The position numbers and the translations under genes were made by a program. 18,768 nucleotides of DNA, taken from positions 1 through 18,768 of the IMG/VR virus record IMGVR_UViG_2718217897_000009; one strand, given 5' to 3'. The notes under the pieces are model-generated. The model did not search any database and was not told where the DNA came from. It saw only the letters and a program-made list of their open reading frames with translations. This stretch comes from a virus (taxonomy: Duplodnaviria; Heunggongvirae; Uroviricota; Caudoviricetes). Positions 16,506 through 18,768 of this stretch are shown piece after piece; the stretch's first letter is position 1, and each line of letters starts with the position of its first letter.

Positions 16506-17639
16506 ATGAACCTTTCAGGCATTAACGGATACCTCGCGGGGCTGGCAGAGTGCGTGAAGATACCGGATTTTTCCGTCACAACTGACAACGCGGAAACCGG
16601 AAAAAAAGAGGAAAACGAGGCGCTGACCCGACGGGTCATCTCGCTGGCAATGACCGACAACCGGGGATTTGAAGCAGACCAGTTAACCCTCACGATTGAC
16701 GACTGCGACGGCAGCGTGCGTCTCCCGAAGCGCGGGCAGAAGCTGGGGCTGGCGCTGGGCTGGAAAGGTGAGGCGCTGACGGACAAGGGAGCCTTCATCG
16801 TTGACGAGGTGACACACGAGGGACCGCCGGACAGACTCACCATTACGGCCAGCAGCGCAGACTTCCGCCAGGAGTTCAACGTGAAGCGTGAAGTGTCCTG
16901 GCATGACGTGACGGTGGGGCAGGTTGTTTCTGCCATCGCGTACCGTTACGGGCTGAAAGCGCAAATCAGCGCCTCACTGGCAGGGGTGGAAATCGACCAC
17001 GCCGACCAGACGGAGGAAAGCGACATCTCGTTCCTCACGCGTATGGCAGACATGCTGGGAGCAATCGCCACCATCAAGAACGGCGCACTGCTTTTCATCG
17101 TGCCCGGACAGGGGGTGAGCGCCAGCGGAAAGCCGCTGCCCTCATTCGCCATCACCCGCAGCAGCGGTGACAGCCATCACTTCCGCATTGCAGACCGGCA
17201 GGCGTACACGGGGGTACGCGCTTACTGGCTGGACCTGGACTTTGGCAAAAAGAAAAAAGTCAGCGTGAAGAAACGTGGTTCCACCCAAAAAGCAAAAAAG
17301 GAGAAAAGCAGCAGCCGCGAGGGGGATTACATGGAGGGCGCAGACGGCAATGTGTACGTCATGCGCCAAACCTTCAAAAACGAGGAGGCCGCACGCCGTG
17401 CGGCGGCGGCAAAGTGGCAGCAGCTACAGCGCGGTGCGGCTGAGTTCTCCATCACACTGGCACGCGGTCGCCCCGACCTGTACCCCGAAATGCGCGGCAC
17501 GGTATCCGGTTTCAAGAGCGACATCGACGCGGAAGACTGGGTGCTGGCGAAGGTGGAGCACAACATCGACGACAGCGGCTTCACCACGCGGCTTGAGCTG
17601 GAATTAAAAATTCCTGAATGGATAGCACAACAGGAATAA
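16506..17639 (+). CDS. Tail protein gpD-like (late control D family), 377 aa
   Basis: Translation contains ...TDNRGFEADQLTLTIDDCDGSV.LP.RG..L.LALGWKG...SWHD...SFLTR...HHF.IADR.AYTGV...EFSI.LA.GR.D.Y.E..V.VSGFK...W...V.H...SGFTT.LELE, typical of the P2 D family; GGAG RBS 8 nt upstream of ATG 16506. Confidence 0.85.
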   Translation: MNLSGINGYLAGLAECVKIPDFSVTTDNAETGKKEENEALTRRVISLAMTDNRGFEADQLTLTIDDCDGSVRLPKRGQKLGLALGWKGEALTDKGAFIVDEVTHEGPPDRLTITASSADFRQEFNVKREVSWHDVTVGQVVSAIAYRYGLKAQISASLAGVEIDHADQTEESDISFLTRMADMLGAIATIKNGALLFIVPGQGVSASGKPLPSFAITRSSGDSHHFRIADRQAYTGVRAYWLDLDFGKKKKVSVKKRGSTQKAKKEKSSSREGDYMEGADGNVYVMRQTFKNEEAARRAAAAKWQQLQRGAAEFSITLARGRPDLYPEMRGTVSGFKSDIDAEDWVLAKVEHNIDDSGFTTRLELELKIPEWIAQQE

Positions 17640-17689
17640 CCGGAATAAAATCACGACGATTCACCTTCACGAAAAAGGAGGTCTTCGTC

Positions 17690-17947
17690 GTGTCTTTTCC
17701 GTGTCCTTTTTGTGGTGCGAGCACACGCACCCGCACCAGTCGCGCAGCGAACGATACCGGAACTGTCCGCTGGAAACTCTGCCAGTGCAACAACCCGGAA
17801 TGCAGTCTCTCCTTCTCGACGCTGGAGAGTTTCGACAAAATCACTGTTAAACGTTATGGCTGCACTTCACAGGATATTCCGTGGCAAAGCCTGCCTGCGT
17901 CTCACCGGGGTGATACGCAGTTGTCACTGCCGTTTCCGGTAATGTGA
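17690..17947 (+). CDS. ogr: Ogr/Delta-family zinc-finger late transcription activator (GTG start), 85 aa
   Basis: MSFPCPFCGASTRTRTSR...CQCNNPEC has the C-x2-C ... C-x-C-x4-C arrangement and RTSR motif comparable to P2 Ogr (MFHCPLCQHAAHARTSRY...CQNVNC); AGGAGG RBS 8 nt upstream of the GTG. Confidence 0.8.
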   Translation: MSFPCPFCGASTRTRTSRAANDTGTVRWKLCQCNNPECSLSFSTLESFDKITVKRYGCTSQDIPWQSLPASHRGDTQLSLPFPVM

Positions 17948-18003
17948 GCACATGCCTGTTTTTGTTTTTGTTTCTGTATTATTTTGATTCTGGAGTTTTA
18001 TTT

Positions 18004-18768
18004 TTGACCGGATTTCAACAACGCATCGTGACCGAAAACACCCGCCTGTACTGTGGCGACGCACTGGCAGTATTACCGCATATTGAGCCGGACAGTGTGG
18101 ACGCACTCATCACCGACCCGCCCTACAGTTCCGGCGCGACACACAAAGCCGGACGCAGCCTTCAGGGCAGCCACGCAAAATATCTGAACAGTGAGAGCCT
18201 TCACCGCTTTGAGGGCTTCGCAGGTGAAAACATGGATGCCCGTTCATGGGCATACTGGATGCAGTTGTGGATGATGCAGGCGTACCGCGCCGTCAGGCCG
18301 GGAGGGTATGCTCTGGTCTTTTCCGACTGGCGACAATTACCCGCCCTGACCGATGCTTTTCAGGCAAGTGGCTTTACATGGCGCGGCATTGTTGTCTGAA
18401 ACAAAGGAAGAGCGGCGCGAACGCCTCATGTGGGGTATTTCCGGCATCAGTGCGAATTTATGGTATGGGGCAGCAAAGGCCATCTGGATAAATCCCCGAA
18501 CGGCCCGTTTGACGGCTGTATGTCGTTTCCGGTCAGGCCGCAAAAGAAACTGCATCCGACCGGAAAACCGGAAGCGCTGATGGCAGAGTTGATCAGGACA
18601 GCAGGCGACGGCGGCACAGTCCTTGACCCGTTCATGGGATCGGGAACCACAGGCGTTGCCGCACTGAAAGCGGGCTGCAAATTCATCGGCATCGAGACAA
18701 GCCCGCACTACTTCAGTGTGACTGTTGAGCGACTGCGGCAGGCGCAGTTGATCCCCGCAGCAGCATAA
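18004..18768 (+). pseudogene. Beta-class DNA methyltransferase (DPPY motif IV before FMGSGTTG motif I) interrupted by an in-frame TGA at 18397-18399
   Basis: Two ORF-track segments lie in the same frame separated by a single TGA. Motifs ITDPPYSS (N-terminal part) and DPFMGSGTTG (C-terminal part) are present. Start is uncertain (TTG 18004 with GGAG upstream, or a later GTG). The gene ends at the last base of the window. Confidence 0.65.

Noticed and set aside
16427-17607. ORFs antisense to or out of frame with gpD (16427..16936, 16683..16964, 17275..17607, 17327..17587)
   Set aside because: They overlap a well-supported gpD-family gene; compositions are Ser/Arg/Ala-rich shadow frames.
17944-18003. 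Extended N-terminus of the methyltransferase from GTG 17944 (MSTCLFLFLFLYYFDSGV...)
   Set aside because: Translation of a T-rich intergenic stretch; a TTG at 18004 with a GGAG RBS is the more plausible start.

Overview
The window holds the 3' flank of the host glutaminase gene glsA (ybaS) followed by about 17.8 kb of a defective, rearranged P2-family prophage. All calls rest on reading the supplied six-frame translations against remembered protein families; no database search was run. From left to right: integrase and C-type repressor (minus), a Cox-position early ORF (plus), a plasmid-type ParM/ParR partition module where P2 carries replication genes B/A, a low-GC two-gene membrane-protein cargo cassette, an IS186 copy with an 11-bp target duplication inserted into a GC-rich hairpin, a portal gene and a 5'-truncated terminase gene, an AT-rich island of repeated promoter/terminator mini-units, the tail genes U-T-E/E'-FII-FI on the minus strand, and D-ogr plus a DNA methyltransferase with an in-frame TGA on the plus strand. 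Capsid, lysis, baseplate and fibre genes are absent and the tail block is inverted relative to D-ogr. The best candidates for something undescribed are the two-gene membrane cassette at the variable tin/old-equivalent locus and the array of small hairpin-terminated units.
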